NCBI GenBank assembly: GCA_041586955.1
Contig: JBFGZE010000018.1
Location: 1-44,820, forward strand
Length of the DNA: 44,820 bases
Reading direction: 5' to 3'
Origin: Bacteriovoracaceae bacterium
GTDB taxonomy: Bacteria > Bdellovibrionota > Bacteriovoracia > Bacteriovoracales > Bacteriovoracaceae
Shown: positions 29,017-40,300 of the stretch, one piece after another
Layout: each line of letters opens with the position of its first letter
Position numbering within the stretch: position 1 is the first letter of the stretch
Program-made: the position numbers and the translations under genes
The notes under the pieces: model-generated
Databases searched by the model: none
The model's input: the letters and a program-made list of their open reading frames with translations, nothing else
What the model was told of the DNA's origin: nothing

Positions 29017-30204
29017 CTAGTGTAAGGGGGGTCTTTGCGGCAAATGCATAATAAATGAAGTTCCTTCATGAATTGAACTCTTTACCTCCATATTTCCCTG
29101 ATGATACTTGATAAACTCTTTGACCAAAGTCAGTCCTAAATCCGGTCCGATATCGAGATCCTTGGCCACGTTATGGGGTGATTCCCGAGTCTCAAAAACA
29201 TTAGGTCTATTTTTTTCTCCAACCTTCACACCCGAATCATTAACTTGGAAGACAACTTCATATTCATTTTGTTTTGCGTGGATAACCAACGTACCATGAT
29301 CTGGCGAATATTTAATTCCGTTAGCAATCATATTATGGATGATAGATGTCATCATAATATAATCACCGTTATACTTTATTCCCACTTCAACATCCTCTAC
29401 TAAATGGATATTTTTAGAAGTCATACTCATCTTCATACTATCGACAACTTTTAAAATCAGATCACTTAAAGCAATACTTGTCACCGAAAAATCTAAATCA
29501 CCATTATACCATTTGGCCCAAGAGAGGAGGTTTTCGCAAAGATGATAGGAGGAACGGGCAGTATTATAAATCTCCCTAATATAGGAATTGCTATTTCCTT
29601 TGATTAAATTGGGAGACTCCTTCATTATATTTTCGGCCATGATAATGAGGTGATTAAAACTACGATGGAGATCATGTGAAATGACCGCCATAATTTTATT
29701 TCTGGCCTGAAGGGCCCTGTCTATTTGATGATTGAGTTCTGCAAATTCTATCGCCTTTCGCTTCATTTCATGACTTAGGCTTTTATTATAATGAGTGGCC
29801 CTTTCTTCAGCTTCTATTTGGTGTGAGATATCAGTGACAAAACCCTCAATAATAACCGTAGCACCATTATTTTGAGAATGGCACATCCCCTGTTCCCATA
29901 ACCATTTAATGGACTTATCTTTTGTAATAATACGGTAAGTAAGTTGAAAATGCTCCTTATTGGCCACCGCTTGTTGAATTTTCTCCCATACTTCATTTCG
30001 ATCTTCAGGATGAATCATTTCATTATAATAAGGATTGGTGGAGTAAAAATAATCGCAATCGTAACCCGTAACAGGGAGACAGCCTTCACTGATAAAATTC
30101 ATGGTCCAATTTTTGTCATTGGAACAGCTATAAGCAAAGCCATTGATATTTTTAACCAATCTATCAGACCCTTGATCTGTCTCCTTGAAATTTGCTGGAA
30201 CCAT
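29017..30204 (-). CDS. PAS-domain sensor histidine kinase with degenerate ATP-binding boxes
   Basis: PAS (IHPEDR…YRIITKD…WLWEQG), H-box SHDL, N-box NMIANGIKYS. G1 reads DSGVKV and G2 reads GPDLGL. Confidence 0.85.
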   Translation of the reverse strand: MVPANFKETDQGSDRLVKNINGFAYSCSNDKNWTMNFISEGCLPVTGYDCDYFYSTNPYYNEMIHPEDRNEVWEKIQQAVANKEHFQLTYRIITKDKSIKWLWEQGMCHSQNNGATVIIEGFVTDISHQIEAEERATHYNKSLSHEMKRKAIEFAELNHQIDRALQARNKIMAVISHDLHRSFNHLIIMAENIMKESPNLIKGNSNSYIREIYNTARSSYHLCENLLSWAKWYNGDLDFSVTSIALSDLILKVVDSMKMSMTSKNIHLVEDVEVGIKYNGDYIMMTSIIHNMIANGIKYSPDHGTLVIHAKQNEYEVVFQVNDSGVKVGEKNRPNVFETRESPHNVAKDLDIGPDLGLTLVKEFIKYHQGNMEVKSSIHEGTSFIMHLPQRPPLH

Positions 30205-30547
30205 GAGAAACTCCCATGCTTAGAAAGAAGCTGTCACTTTTATACACTAAATAAGCACCAGACTCTAGATGATTTAGCGTTTTGAAAATTTCAAAATTGC
30301 AGTATGCCTTATTTTAGAGGCAACCATTTATTTTAAAATTTCTTTTCTTTTCAGGAAGTTAAATCAAAACCAACCTTTTTAGTTTATTTTTTTGAAAAAT
30401 TATTTAAAATAATAATAAGGCGGAAACGAAAAGGAAGAAGATCTTTAAACGAATAGGCATGATAATAATCGTAAAGCTAAAAAAATTTGTATTCAATACT
30501 TATAGCTTTTGCACTAACCCCATTGATTATTGGATTGTCTAAAATAA

Positions 30548-30576
30548 GGCCTTGGGGATATGTCGGCCCCAAGGCC
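30548..30576. terminator. Intrinsic terminator
   Basis: GGCCTTGGGG/CCCCAAGGCC stem flanked by T-rich tracts on both strands, 50 nt past the stop at 30626. Confidence 0.7.
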
Positions 30577-30625
30577 CTTTTTATATTCCGGGAAAATAAA
30601 GGAAAATGGCCGGGCCATGGCCTAT

Positions 30626-31528
30626 TTACTCAATCAAAAAAGAGTGAATAATTTTATTAACGGAAGTTTTCACTTCTTGATAATTAGCATGGGGATCTGA
30701 AGAGATCCGCTCACCAAGAGAGAATAAAGCTTGCCAACGACTTTGACTGTCGTTCTGTTCTTTCATTTTGATTTTATCCTGCCTTTGGTAGATCTCATTC
30801 CAAACTTGACGCACGACCTGCCAATATTTTTCATGCTTAGGCCACCACTCTTTGGCCAAATGGCAACGTGAATCGTCAACTTTCTTGTAGATATTATAGC
30901 TTTTTTCGCGCGTTAGGAGCTGATCCATTCCTTGGGTACGATTAATTTTGATATTATCTTGATCGTGAACCCAGCCAAAATCGGTAATTTGGTGGCGGTT
31001 TCCACGCTTTAAGATATTATAATCCTGGCGAACACTAAATTCTCTCCGAGGTAGAGGAGCATTGGCCTCGCATTCCCAATATTGCTGCTCGCCCCAGGAT
31101 ATCCAAGGTGCAGAACATTCATAGCGAGGTCCATCGTCCACTTGAAAAACCTTTTGCACCCAACGCCCCGAAGAGATATCTTGGGGAAGAATTTTTTTAT
31201 GCCAGGTTTTATCTCCCTGGTAATCAAATAGTTCGGGCCCCTGAAAAACCCATTTCTGGCGCCAATGTTTTTGAACCGTATCGCCATTTAATATTAATAA
31301 ATGCTGAAGTTCGACATTATTATCCCCTTGCTTGTCGGTGAATATCCATTCCAAGGCATGGGATTTATAGGGAGGAGAATGGGTGTAATTTTCGGCATAA
31401 GAAAAGGTTTCTTTACTTTGAAAAGTAACCTCATAACAGCCGGTCATTTTTTGAATCATTTGAATCTCTACCATTGGTGCCGCAGAGAGAGAGCTTATTA
31501 GGACCAAGGACAGAATCATCGCTTTCAT
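30626..31528 (-). CDS. Secreted DUF6607-like protein
   Basis: Signal peptide plus GCYEVTF, LQHLL, KHWRQKW, QVDDGPRYE, PLPRRE and GWVHDQDN motifs. Family recalled from memory. Confidence 0.7.
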   Translation of the reverse strand: MKAMILSLVLISSLSAAPMVEIQMIQKMTGCYEVTFQSKETFSYAENYTHSPPYKSHALEWIFTDKQGDNNVELQHLLILNGDTVQKHWRQKWVFQGPELFDYQGDKTWHKKILPQDISSGRWVQKVFQVDDGPRYECSAPWISWGEQQYWECEANAPLPRREFSVRQDYNILKRGNRHQITDFGWVHDQDNIKINRTQGMDQLLTREKSYNIYKKVDDSRCHLAKEWWPKHEKYWQVVRQVWNEIYQRQDKIKMKEQNDSQSRWQALFSLGERISSDPHANYQEVKTSVNKIIHSFLIE

Positions 31529-31604
31529 ATGGACTCCCTTGTTAAATTTATCTAAGAGAGTAAAGAAATTTCTGGCCTCGTGTCAATTCATTCCAGTCGA
31601 TCGT

Positions 31605-31838
31605 TTAAAACCTAGCGAAAAACCATTTAAGCAGTGAATAAAGTAAACTAAGACCAACACAGGTCCCCAGAGGTATAAAAATGGTGGTGCTAGCAGAGCG
31701 GTAATGAATATCAAAGGGTAATTTCCCCAAAAAGTTTCCGTACCCCATTTTATAAGAGATAAAGAGGGCAACCCCTATAATTATAATCAAAGTAATCAGG
31801 GGTAAAATCATTTTCATGGCCTGAGACATAGGAGACAT
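31605..31838 (-). CDS. DUF2905-family small membrane protein
   Basis: Two TMs around GKLPFDI…IFIPLGTC. GAGG Shine-Dalgarno precedes ATG 31838. Confidence 0.75.
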   Translation of the reverse strand: MSPMSQAMKMILPLITLIIIIGVALFISYKMGYGNFLGKLPFDIHYRSASTTIFIPLGTCVGLSLLYSLLKWFFARF

Positions 31839-32027
31839 TGATACCTCGTTTGCTTGTTTTTGGATTTTTAAAGAATAATTGAATTCTCTACGCTGGGCCA
31901 AGATTTTTCCTTATTTAAGCGTAAATTTAGAAGCAGTATGAAATGATTTTAGGTTATTTATATTATTAATGCGGCGCACAGGTATTAATATTATAGTCAT
32001 TCCATTTAATCCCTTTAGGAGTAGAGA

Positions 32028-32327
32028 ATGAAACAATCAATTTTGGCGCTAATTCTAATTTTTATGGCGTGTAATTCACATGCCAAATTAAAAAAACACC
32101 AAGTCTTAGTAGACGGATTAAAGGTTTTAAGAGTTGAACGAAAAATGGATCTCAATCAATTATTCGACCAAATCATTGATCAAAAGGCCACTATTGAAGT
32201 CAAAAAAGTAAAGACTGATGAAAGCGTCAATCTTATCGTTACCGACAGTGCAGATTGTGTTCATATGGTTTCCTTTAATATTATTACGAGTGAAATGAAC
32301 CCTTTACAGGCCGCTCGCTGCGATTAA
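32028..32327 (+). CDS. Small secreted hypothetical protein
   Basis: AGGAG Shine-Dalgarno and signal peptide ending SHA. Confidence 0.7.
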   Translation: MKQSILALILIFMACNSHAKLKKHQVLVDGLKVLRVERKMDLNQLFDQIIDQKATIEVKKVKTDESVNLIVTDSADCVHMVSFNIITSEMNPLQAARCD

Positions 32328-32329
32328 TA

Positions 32330-33364
32330 ATGAGAAAAAATGTTAAGGACAATAATCCTCCGCTCATGAATAATAAGACTCGCTTCCAGCATTTTAGGCC
32401 TTTAAAGATAGGTCAGCGCAAGATTAATGAATTTCATTTTAACTTGCAGGGCAGTTGGGTGGCACCTTATATTCAGCAATTATTGACAGAGCTCAAAGCA
32501 CGCCAGCTCAATTTTAAACCGAGTTTTTGGATTTCTACGGAATGGTTTAGTCCTGCAGATCGGCCAGGGATTGCTCTTCCTTTTTATCTTTTTGATTCAC
32601 AATTGATTCAGTATCATAAGCAGAAACTAGGATTTACCGAAGGGGCGACCCCTCACACATTGATGAAATATCTAAGGCATGAGGCCGGTCATGCCATTGA
32701 TCACGCCTTTGCCCTAAACCACCTCCCAAGACGTAAAGATATATTTGGGGATCATCATCTTCCTTATCCAATTTCTTATGATTATAAACCATTTTCCTCT
32801 CGATTTGTTCGCCATCTTGGAGAGGGTTATGCTCAGGCCCATCCAGAAGAGGACTGGGCCGAAACCTTTGCGGTATGGCTCGGCCCCAAGATTCACTGGC
32901 AAAAGCGTTATCAAGGCACCCAAGCATTAGAAAAACTAAATTTTATGGATCAGACAATGAAAGGGTTAAGGGAGAAAAGACCCCTGCGCCTACGTTGCCA
33001 CCCCGTTGACCCCTATCAGGCCAATGATTTAACCTTGGACCAATTTTACCGCCTTAAAAGGCAAGAATGGGGCCCAAGGGTCACCCAACGACAGAATTAC
33101 CAAGGAATATTGACCCCTAGACAAAGGGGAGAATCCAGTCCCTGTCTCTTTAAGCGAAAAACACATTCCTTACGGTCGCGATTATCTCGAAAACATCAAG
33201 TTCCTTTATATCTCATCGACCGCATGATCAACGAGGTTTCTCGACATTTAAAGGTCAAAAATTTGAGCTGTAACGATTCGGTTAGGCTTCAGGCCCTTTA
33301 TCGAGTGCTCGACCTTGAGGCCTCCCATTTTTTTCAACGCCGTTTCCAACGCGTACGTATTTGA
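32330..33364 (+). CDS. Putative zinc-binding metallopeptidase (zincin, Peptidase_Mx-like)
   Basis: LRHEAGHA (HExxH) and HL..GYAQAHPEEDWAETFAVW. Confidence 0.8.
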   Translation: MRKNVKDNNPPLMNNKTRFQHFRPLKIGQRKINEFHFNLQGSWVAPYIQQLLTELKARQLNFKPSFWISTEWFSPADRPGIALPFYLFDSQLIQYHKQKLGFTEGATPHTLMKYLRHEAGHAIDHAFALNHLPRRKDIFGDHHLPYPISYDYKPFSSRFVRHLGEGYAQAHPEEDWAETFAVWLGPKIHWQKRYQGTQALEKLNFMDQTMKGLREKRPLRLRCHPVDPYQANDLTLDQFYRLKRQEWGPRVTQRQNYQGILTPRQRGESSPCLFKRKTHSLRSRLSRKHQVPLYLIDRMINEVSRHLKVKNLSCNDSVRLQALYRVLDLEASHFFQRRFQRVRI

Positions 33365-33458
33365 TAAACGCACATTCTGATAAAGATAGATGACACATGA
33401 AAGAAAATATTGGCCTGTTTGCAACAGAACCTGAGTAAATTCTCGTACAATAGAGATT

Positions 33459-34469
33459 ATGCGTAAAAAGAAAATTCTCCTCATTACCCATCCCTCATTT
33501 CTCCCCCCAGAGGATATCAATCCTCAAGTAATTGATCGTCTTAATTGTGATTGGATTACTGAATTTGATGTCAGTATGGCACTTAAAGATAAAGGCCATG
33601 AAGTTGATATACTAGGAGTGGAAAATGATCTTCAAGCTCTTGGTAGTAAGATTAAAGAATTTAGGCCTCATATTGTTTTTAATTTGCTAGAGGAATTTAA
33701 TGGTAAAACCCTATGGGATCAAAATGTTGTGAGCTATTTAGAGCTTTTAGGAGTTCCTTATACTGGCTGCAATCCGAGAGGGCTCGTTCTTGCGCGTGAT
33801 AAGGCCATCGCTAAAAAAATACTCTCCTATCACCAGATTCTGACACCAAAATTTTGGACCTTTGCCCATAACAAAAGGCCATCAATAAAAGAAGATCTTC
33901 CTTATCCTTTAATTATTAAATGTCATAAAGAAGAGGCCAGCTTAGGTCTTGCCAATGCCAGTATTGTCCATTCAAAAGAAAAGGCCTTGGAACGTATTCA
34001 ATATTTACATCATCAATTTAAGGCGGATGTAATGGCGGAGGAGTTTATTCCAGGCCGTGAACTTTATTGTGGTGTGTACGGTAATGTGAGGGCAAAAGCA
34101 TTCCCTATTTGGGAATTAAAATTCGCCGAGTCGAAAAACCCCCATGAAGAAATCTATCATCGACAGGCGAAATGGAATGATCAATACCGCCAAAGAAAAG
34201 GTATTAGAACAGAAAAGGCTTCCCTACCTCAGCATCAAGAAAAACTAATTCAAAAAACCGCGATCAAAATCGTCAAACTTTTAAACCTCAACGGTTCTTC
34301 TCGCATTGATTTTCGTTTAAATAATCATGGTGACCTTTATTTTTTAGAGGCCAATCCAAATCCTAATTTAGCGATAGATGATGAATTCGCCCTTTCGGCT
34401 TCCTATCAGGGTCTCGATTATCGCGATTTAATCGAGCGCTGTGTTAAAATGGGGCTTGCCTATAAGTAA
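33459..34469 (+). CDS. D-Ala-D-Ala-ligase-like ATP-grasp enzyme
   Basis: VFNLLE, LELLGVPYTG, DKAIAK, EEFIPGRE, RIDFRL and LEANPNP. Lacks the Ddl GGxSxEH and EVNTxPG motifs. Confidence 0.88.
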   Translation: MRKKKILLITHPSFLPPEDINPQVIDRLNCDWITEFDVSMALKDKGHEVDILGVENDLQALGSKIKEFRPHIVFNLLEEFNGKTLWDQNVVSYLELLGVPYTGCNPRGLVLARDKAIAKKILSYHQILTPKFWTFAHNKRPSIKEDLPYPLIIKCHKEEASLGLANASIVHSKEKALERIQYLHHQFKADVMAEEFIPGRELYCGVYGNVRAKAFPIWELKFAESKNPHEEIYHRQAKWNDQYRQRKGIRTEKASLPQHQEKLIQKTAIKIVKLLNLNGSSRIDFRLNNHGDLYFLEANPNPNLAIDDEFALSASYQGLDYRDLIERCVKMGLAYK

Positions 34470-34549
34470 AACTCCCAGGAATCTGCGTAGCTTGGTATTA
34501 AGTGAACAATAAGGTGACGACCTCATTTCTATTGGCCATAATAAGCGCC

Positions 34550-35260
34550 ATGATTTTATTGATTCGAAATAGTGTCTTGATTATATGGTGTATTGTTCTG
34601 GCCATCCCCGCTTGCTTATTGATGCTCTTGCGCCCTGGGAACCCCAGTAATTCAGGCCCATTATGCCGGACCTTTGGCTCTATAGGCCTTCTTCTCATGA
34701 ATATTCGTGTGGAAGTCGAAGGTCGAGAAAAACTAGATAATGACCATCCTTTTATCATCATCGCGAATCATCAGCATAATTGGGATGTCATTGCCTTTTC
34801 TAGCTTCTTATCTGAACGAACAGTGACTATTGGTAAAAAATCTCTCCAGTGGATCCCCTTTTTTGGCCAAATGTATATCCTAGCAGGCCATATCCTCATT
34901 GATCGTAGCAATAAAAAGAAGGCCTATTCTGTTATGGATGAAACGGCGAAAAAAATCGTTGATAATGACACTTCTATTTTTATTTTTCCCGAAGGCACCC
35001 GTAATCCTAAACCAGGGCTTTTGCCGTTTAAACGAGGCGCCTTTTATACCGCGATTAAGGCCCAAAGGCCGATTATCCCGATGGTTGCTGGAGAATACCA
35101 TCACCTCAATTTTAATTCCCCGAGGCGTCAAACGATTAAGGTAAAAGTACTCGATCCCATCCCAACCAAAGGCCTTAAAGAAAATGATTGGCACCAATTG
35201 CGCGATAAATGCTATCAATTGATGAAGGATGCGGTCGATGAACTCGCTCCACCAACATAA
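34550..35260 (+). CDS. plsC: 1-acyl-sn-glycerol-3-phosphate acyltransferase
   Basis: NHQHNWD (HX4D), IDR, FPEGTR and FKRGAF motifs. Confidence 0.92.
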   Translation: MILLIRNSVLIIWCIVLAIPACLLMLLRPGNPSNSGPLCRTFGSIGLLLMNIRVEVEGREKLDNDHPFIIIANHQHNWDVIAFSSFLSERTVTIGKKSLQWIPFFGQMYILAGHILIDRSNKKKAYSVMDETAKKIVDNDTSIFIFPEGTRNPKPGLLPFKRGAFYTAIKAQRPIIPMVAGEYHHLNFNSPRRQTIKVKVLDPIPTKGLKENDWHQLRDKCYQLMKDAVDELAPPT

Positions 35261-35329
35261 TCTCATATCTTTCCTGGACCTCAATTCAAAATTCCTCTAA
35301 AGTAGCCGCTTAATTACCTAGGGGTATTT

Positions 35330-37333
35330 ATGAAATTGATTCAGACTTCTGTCCTGTTTATCCTTTTTTTAACTACCACCTTCGCGGCCGGCGACACCGC
35401 CGCTCCCAATATTATCGATTATTTTTATAACCGCGGTATTGGTATTAATTATAGACCCCATTATTATCAAAACCTCACTTTACTTATCGAGCGCAAATTA
35501 AAGTCCGCCATCGCTCAATCAGAATCGCATAGGCAAAGCGATAAAGAGCAGGCCATGGCCTTTTACGCCGGTGCCCTAGAAGTACTTGAACTCTACAAAG
35601 ATCACCCCGATATGAGGGCGAGAGAAGCGGGTTTTAATCTCGCTAAAAGGATGTTCTACTCAATGTATAGCATTCGCTATGAAGACCGCTCGATGACCTG
35701 GGGGGAGCGACTCAAGCTGATTACACGGTTTTCCCATGGAATGCATTATGTTCACCCAGAATATTGGCATCACCGTATAGGCCGTGAACAGGCCAGTAAA
35801 GAGGCCCGTTATCTTATGCGTGACGGTGAATACGAAACTTATTTAACCTCAAAAGAGTTGCGCAAGCTAACCTATTTAGAAGTTTCCGAATTAGACCTCT
35901 CTCCTAACCACCCAGGTTTTTACAATAATGAATTTATGCGCCAAAAGCGTGATACCTGGAAGGAACTTGAAAACTGGACCCAGCAATCATTGGCCAATCA
36001 ATTAATGAAAAAAAATCCTCAATTGGCCGATGTCTACACCCTCAAGCAGGCGCGCCAAATTTTATTCCTCACTAAGATTAAAGAGAGCTCCACCGCCCCT
36101 AAACTCAATGCCAAAGATTCCTTTGGCATGAAGTGGAAAGTAAAATTTGGAAATGAGGTTGCAACAGAAGGTGTCGCCAACCGTCTTTATATGAAAATAG
36201 GGGCCAAGTTTACCGATTTGGTCTACCATACTGCACCAGGGGAATTAGTGCTCGTCTTAGAAAGACCGGATAAAAAAGGTAGTTGCACCCATATTAATAG
36301 TATTAAACTTTTACGTCGTTGTTTTAAAAAATCAATTTTTAAATTTGAGATCAAGCATCATATTTATAAAAGCGGAGTATTAAACAAGAATAATATTGAT
36401 CAAGTCCTGACAAACCTCTCTCCCTATGCTCTTAAAAAATACCAAAAGAAAAACCTCCTAGGCCGCACCTATGTCACCTTCCACGAGGCCTTAGTGGAGT
36501 ATAAATCAAACAAAATTCTAACGCGTGGAGGGCCTACCGCTGGCAGCATGCTCGGTGCTCGGCGCGATCGAGCCGCACGTGGCCTTTTTATTTTTAATAT
36601 GTGGATTTGGAATATGGATGCCAAAGATGCTAATAATCGCGGAGTCATCCTTAAAGATTGGGACGGCAAAAAAAATGTCTATGTCGACTTTATGCATGAT
36701 CTAGGTGCGTCTCTTGGTAAACCCTCCCAACCTGGCAATATTAATCAATTGAAGACGGGGAAAAAATGGCTTAATCCCCGAGGCAAACGTTTAATCTTTC
36801 GCCAATTTTTACTTTACCGCCCTAAGGCCTGGAAAGATGCGACTTTTAGTGATGGCCGCTGGATGGCGAAGCGAATGGCCCTAATAAGGGCCCCAGAAAT
36901 TGAAAAAATCGTCAAGGAGTCAGGACTCCCAGACTTTGCCCAGAAGGCGCTGGTCTATAAACTTCTTAAACGTCGTCAAAGAATATCACAGTTCTTTGGA
37001 GTGACTGAGTACTTGGATCAAAAAGAAGTCCCCCTTTTAAATATCTCGTATTCCTTTAGGACGCCCAAAGAAAGGCAGGATTTGGCGCTAAAATATGATC
37101 TACCATTGAAGCTTATCGAAAGGTCTCTTAACAAACGTGGTCTTTTGCGATCCAGTGGTGCCTCTTCCTATATCGACAAGGTTGTCATCAAAGGCCAGAT
37201 CAGCGATTGCAAAGATTCGCTTTTGGTTAACCTTTTGGAAAAAAGTCATTTCCCCATGGGCCTGGCCCGCCGACAAAGGAGGAGAAAAGATCACCGTCCG
37301 TTAAAATTTTGTCAATTTAAAGGAAAAAATTAA
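35330..37333 (+). CDS. Secreted basic hypothetical protein with atypical kinase-like motifs
   Basis: Signal peptide, WKVKFGNE, NMDAKDANN and HDLGASLG. Confidence 0.7.
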   Translation: MKLIQTSVLFILFLTTTFAAGDTAAPNIIDYFYNRGIGINYRPHYYQNLTLLIERKLKSAIAQSESHRQSDKEQAMAFYAGALEVLELYKDHPDMRAREAGFNLAKRMFYSMYSIRYEDRSMTWGERLKLITRFSHGMHYVHPEYWHHRIGREQASKEARYLMRDGEYETYLTSKELRKLTYLEVSELDLSPNHPGFYNNEFMRQKRDTWKELENWTQQSLANQLMKKNPQLADVYTLKQARQILFLTKIKESSTAPKLNAKDSFGMKWKVKFGNEVATEGVANRLYMKIGAKFTDLVYHTAPGELVLVLERPDKKGSCTHINSIKLLRRCFKKSIFKFEIKHHIYKSGVLNKNNIDQVLTNLSPYALKKYQKKNLLGRTYVTFHEALVEYKSNKILTRGGPTAGSMLGARRDRAARGLFIFNMWIWNMDAKDANNRGVILKDWDGKKNVYVDFMHDLGASLGKPSQPGNINQLKTGKKWLNPRGKRLIFRQFLLYRPKAWKDATFSDGRWMAKRMALIRAPEIEKIVKESGLPDFAQKALVYKLLKRRQRISQFFGVTEYLDQKEVPLLNISYSFRTPKERQDLALKYDLPLKLIERSLNKRGLLRSSGASSYIDKVVIKGQISDCKDSLLVNLLEKSHFPMGLARRQRRRKDHRPLKFCQFKGKN

Positions 37334-40300
37334 GGAGTGGCATTAAAATCAACTAAGGTGGCGCTGCTTTGATTAGCAGTTACGCCCGACCCATTGCCTA
37401 ATTGGCCACTACCATCGTACCCCCAGCAATGAATATTACCCCATTGACCAACGATGCAGGAATGGTCTTGACCGACAGTTATATGATCAATAGGCTCATT
37501 TCCTATTGTGCCTGAAATAATTGCAACAGGTTTAACCTCATCCCCACCAGCACCTTTGCCCAATTGGCCATAGGAATTACTACCCCAACAAAACACATCA
37601 CCAATATCAGTTTGACCACAAGTATGATTCCACCCGCTCGCCACTTCAATAAAATAATTTCCTCCTAAATTACTTTCATCAATTAAAACGGGTATACTCT
37701 TGGCCACTTGAGAACCATCACCTAGTCGACCATCACTATTATTACCCCAGCAATAGGTTTTATTTTGAGGTTCGGTCACCGCACAGGTATGCTCATTCCC
37801 TCCGGAGAGCTGGGCCATCTCTTCGTTAGTACCGTTCCAATTGGTTGAATCAACTTCGACTGGTGTGAAGCGATTGGTAGTATAAGAATCTCCTAAACGA
37901 CCATATTGACCGTTACCCCAGCAATAGGTTTTACGAGAGCTACCCATGGCACAAGTATGATAATCACCGGCGCCAATTTTAATTATTGTATCACCACCAA
38001 TAACACTGGTATTAATCGCAACAGGAATATAAGAGCTAGCATTACTAATATCATTCCCTAATTGACCGGCACTATCATTCCCCCAACAAAAAACATTACC
38101 GACATTTGTCAAACCGCAAGTATGTGCTTGCCCTAAGGCAATATCCACAAAGTATTCAGTCCCTAAATTGCTTTCATCCACGCTGGCCGTCGGTTTTTGA
38201 TTAGCATTAATATTATTGATCCCCATTTCCCCATTAGTATTCTTACCCCAGCACCAAATTTTAGCGTCATCGGCAATACCGCAGACATGATTGGCCCCGG
38301 ACTTGATGCCGACAAAGTAATTGCTCCCCAAGGCGGTATCATCCACTAAAGTAGGAATATGATAATTGGAAGTTGCTGTACCGGCCCCAATTTGCCCGCT
38401 GGAATTATCCCCCCAACAAAAGACACGTGATCTATCATCTATTCCGCAAGTATGATTATTGCCAGCGGCAAGATCTTTAAAAACGATGGGCAGAACGCGA
38501 ACGTGAATATATTGAAAATCAATTCCACCAGAGGAATCACTGGCCATTATCTTAAATTCGTATTCACCCAATTGACTACTTGTCGGGGTCCAATCGAGAA
38601 CTCCTGTACTAGAATTGAATGAAATACCCGGAAGATTGGTACCATTACAAACCGTTCCTAAATTCTGGACAACGGAGTTGTCTGGGGTACCAATCTCAAA
38701 ATAACAGGAATAGGTGAGGGCCTCCAGGTCTATATCAAAATCATTACCATTATCACCAGCATCCCAAATAATACTGGGATCATCCTGAGGTATGGAAATA
38801 GGACCTGAAACTGGATCTAAATCCGGCACACGATTGACATTTGAAACAGTGATAACCACGATTTCATCGTCAGCTAAACTGCCATCAGATCCAGATATAT
38901 GAAGTTCATAGGTTCCGGCCTGAGAATAATCAGGAGTCCAATCAATGACACCTGTTGTACTATTAAAGATTAGGCCAGTAATCATTGTACAATTCATACC
39001 GCCTGCTAATGTTCCATCTGCGGTGGAGTCATACTGACAAGAATATGTGATGGGATCAAAATCACTATCCAAATCATCTCCACCATCACCAGGGTTAATT
39101 TGACTAATAGGGGAATTTTCACTCACTCCCAATTGATCAGCGATAGAATCAAGGATAGGAGGATCATTTTGGCGTAGTTGCATCGCCGTCAGACTACAAG
39201 AGGAAGAAGTACTATTACCTGCATGATCATAGACTTTTACTTTAAAATAGAGATCCTCATTATCACTACCGGTATGTGATTGAGTGGTAATACCGTCACC
39301 TAGGCCATTATAAACCCCAGCACTAATAGTACAACCAGAATCAGTATAGACAAAAACCGATTGTGTATTGATATCACTAGACCCAGACACAGTCCAAGTG
39401 GCCGTCGCCGTTACCCCATCTAAAGGAGATGCCTCAACCCAATTAAGAGCGCTGGCCGCCAGCGGGGCAGTGGTATCAATCGTCATGCCAGAAGAACATG
39501 TACTGATTGTTTGATTACCGACATTATCAAAGGCCGTCACAGTGTAATAATAATCGCCATCAGATCCAGAAAAAGAGTCATTCGTCGCGATAGCACCAAG
39601 GGTATTGGATGTCCCTGCTGCCGTGATACAAGAGGCATCGGTATAATAATCAATTTGTTGAGAAGCTATATCAGCTGATGGTGTCCAAGCGGCGCTGACA
39701 CTAGCTCCACTATAAGGAGATGCTTGCACCCATCCAAGCCCCGATGGAGATGCGGGAGCAATATTATCGTAAGTAACATTAGATGAGGCATTTGGCCCAG
39801 AATCATAAATAATATTAATGGCCACATTACCTTGGGCCGGTTCGGCTCCACCCAATAATGGAATATTAAGACTACCGCTAGACCAAGATCCACCTGTACA
39901 AGTCGTTGTCGCAACAGAATTGCCGTTAAAATGAATATCAACATTTCCACCGGTGCTATCGCATATTCCACTTAAATTATAGGCCGATGCATTAGCGATA
40001 TTAATATCCACTGGGGGGTTAAGGACAATAAAAGGAGCAGGGGCCTGCCCACTAAATAGAAGGTAATTCTCATTGCCTGAAGTGAAGACTGCTGTATCAT
40101 TGGGGTTAGCGGGGAATAAAGGGCCATGACGGTAATTAACCTTTATTTCGCTACCACCGCAATTGATCTGGTTATAATAGTGGAAACGGTAAGCGAACAT
40201 TTGAACCATGCTGGTACCCAGAGGAGTCACAATATCACTAGAATCCATATCGGCCACTTCAATACAGCGGGAAGTTAAGGCCCCTTGTGGCAAGAATACC

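Noticed and set aside
33459..34469. Canonical ddl
   Set aside because: Missing Ddl signature motifs and not in a mur/dcw context.
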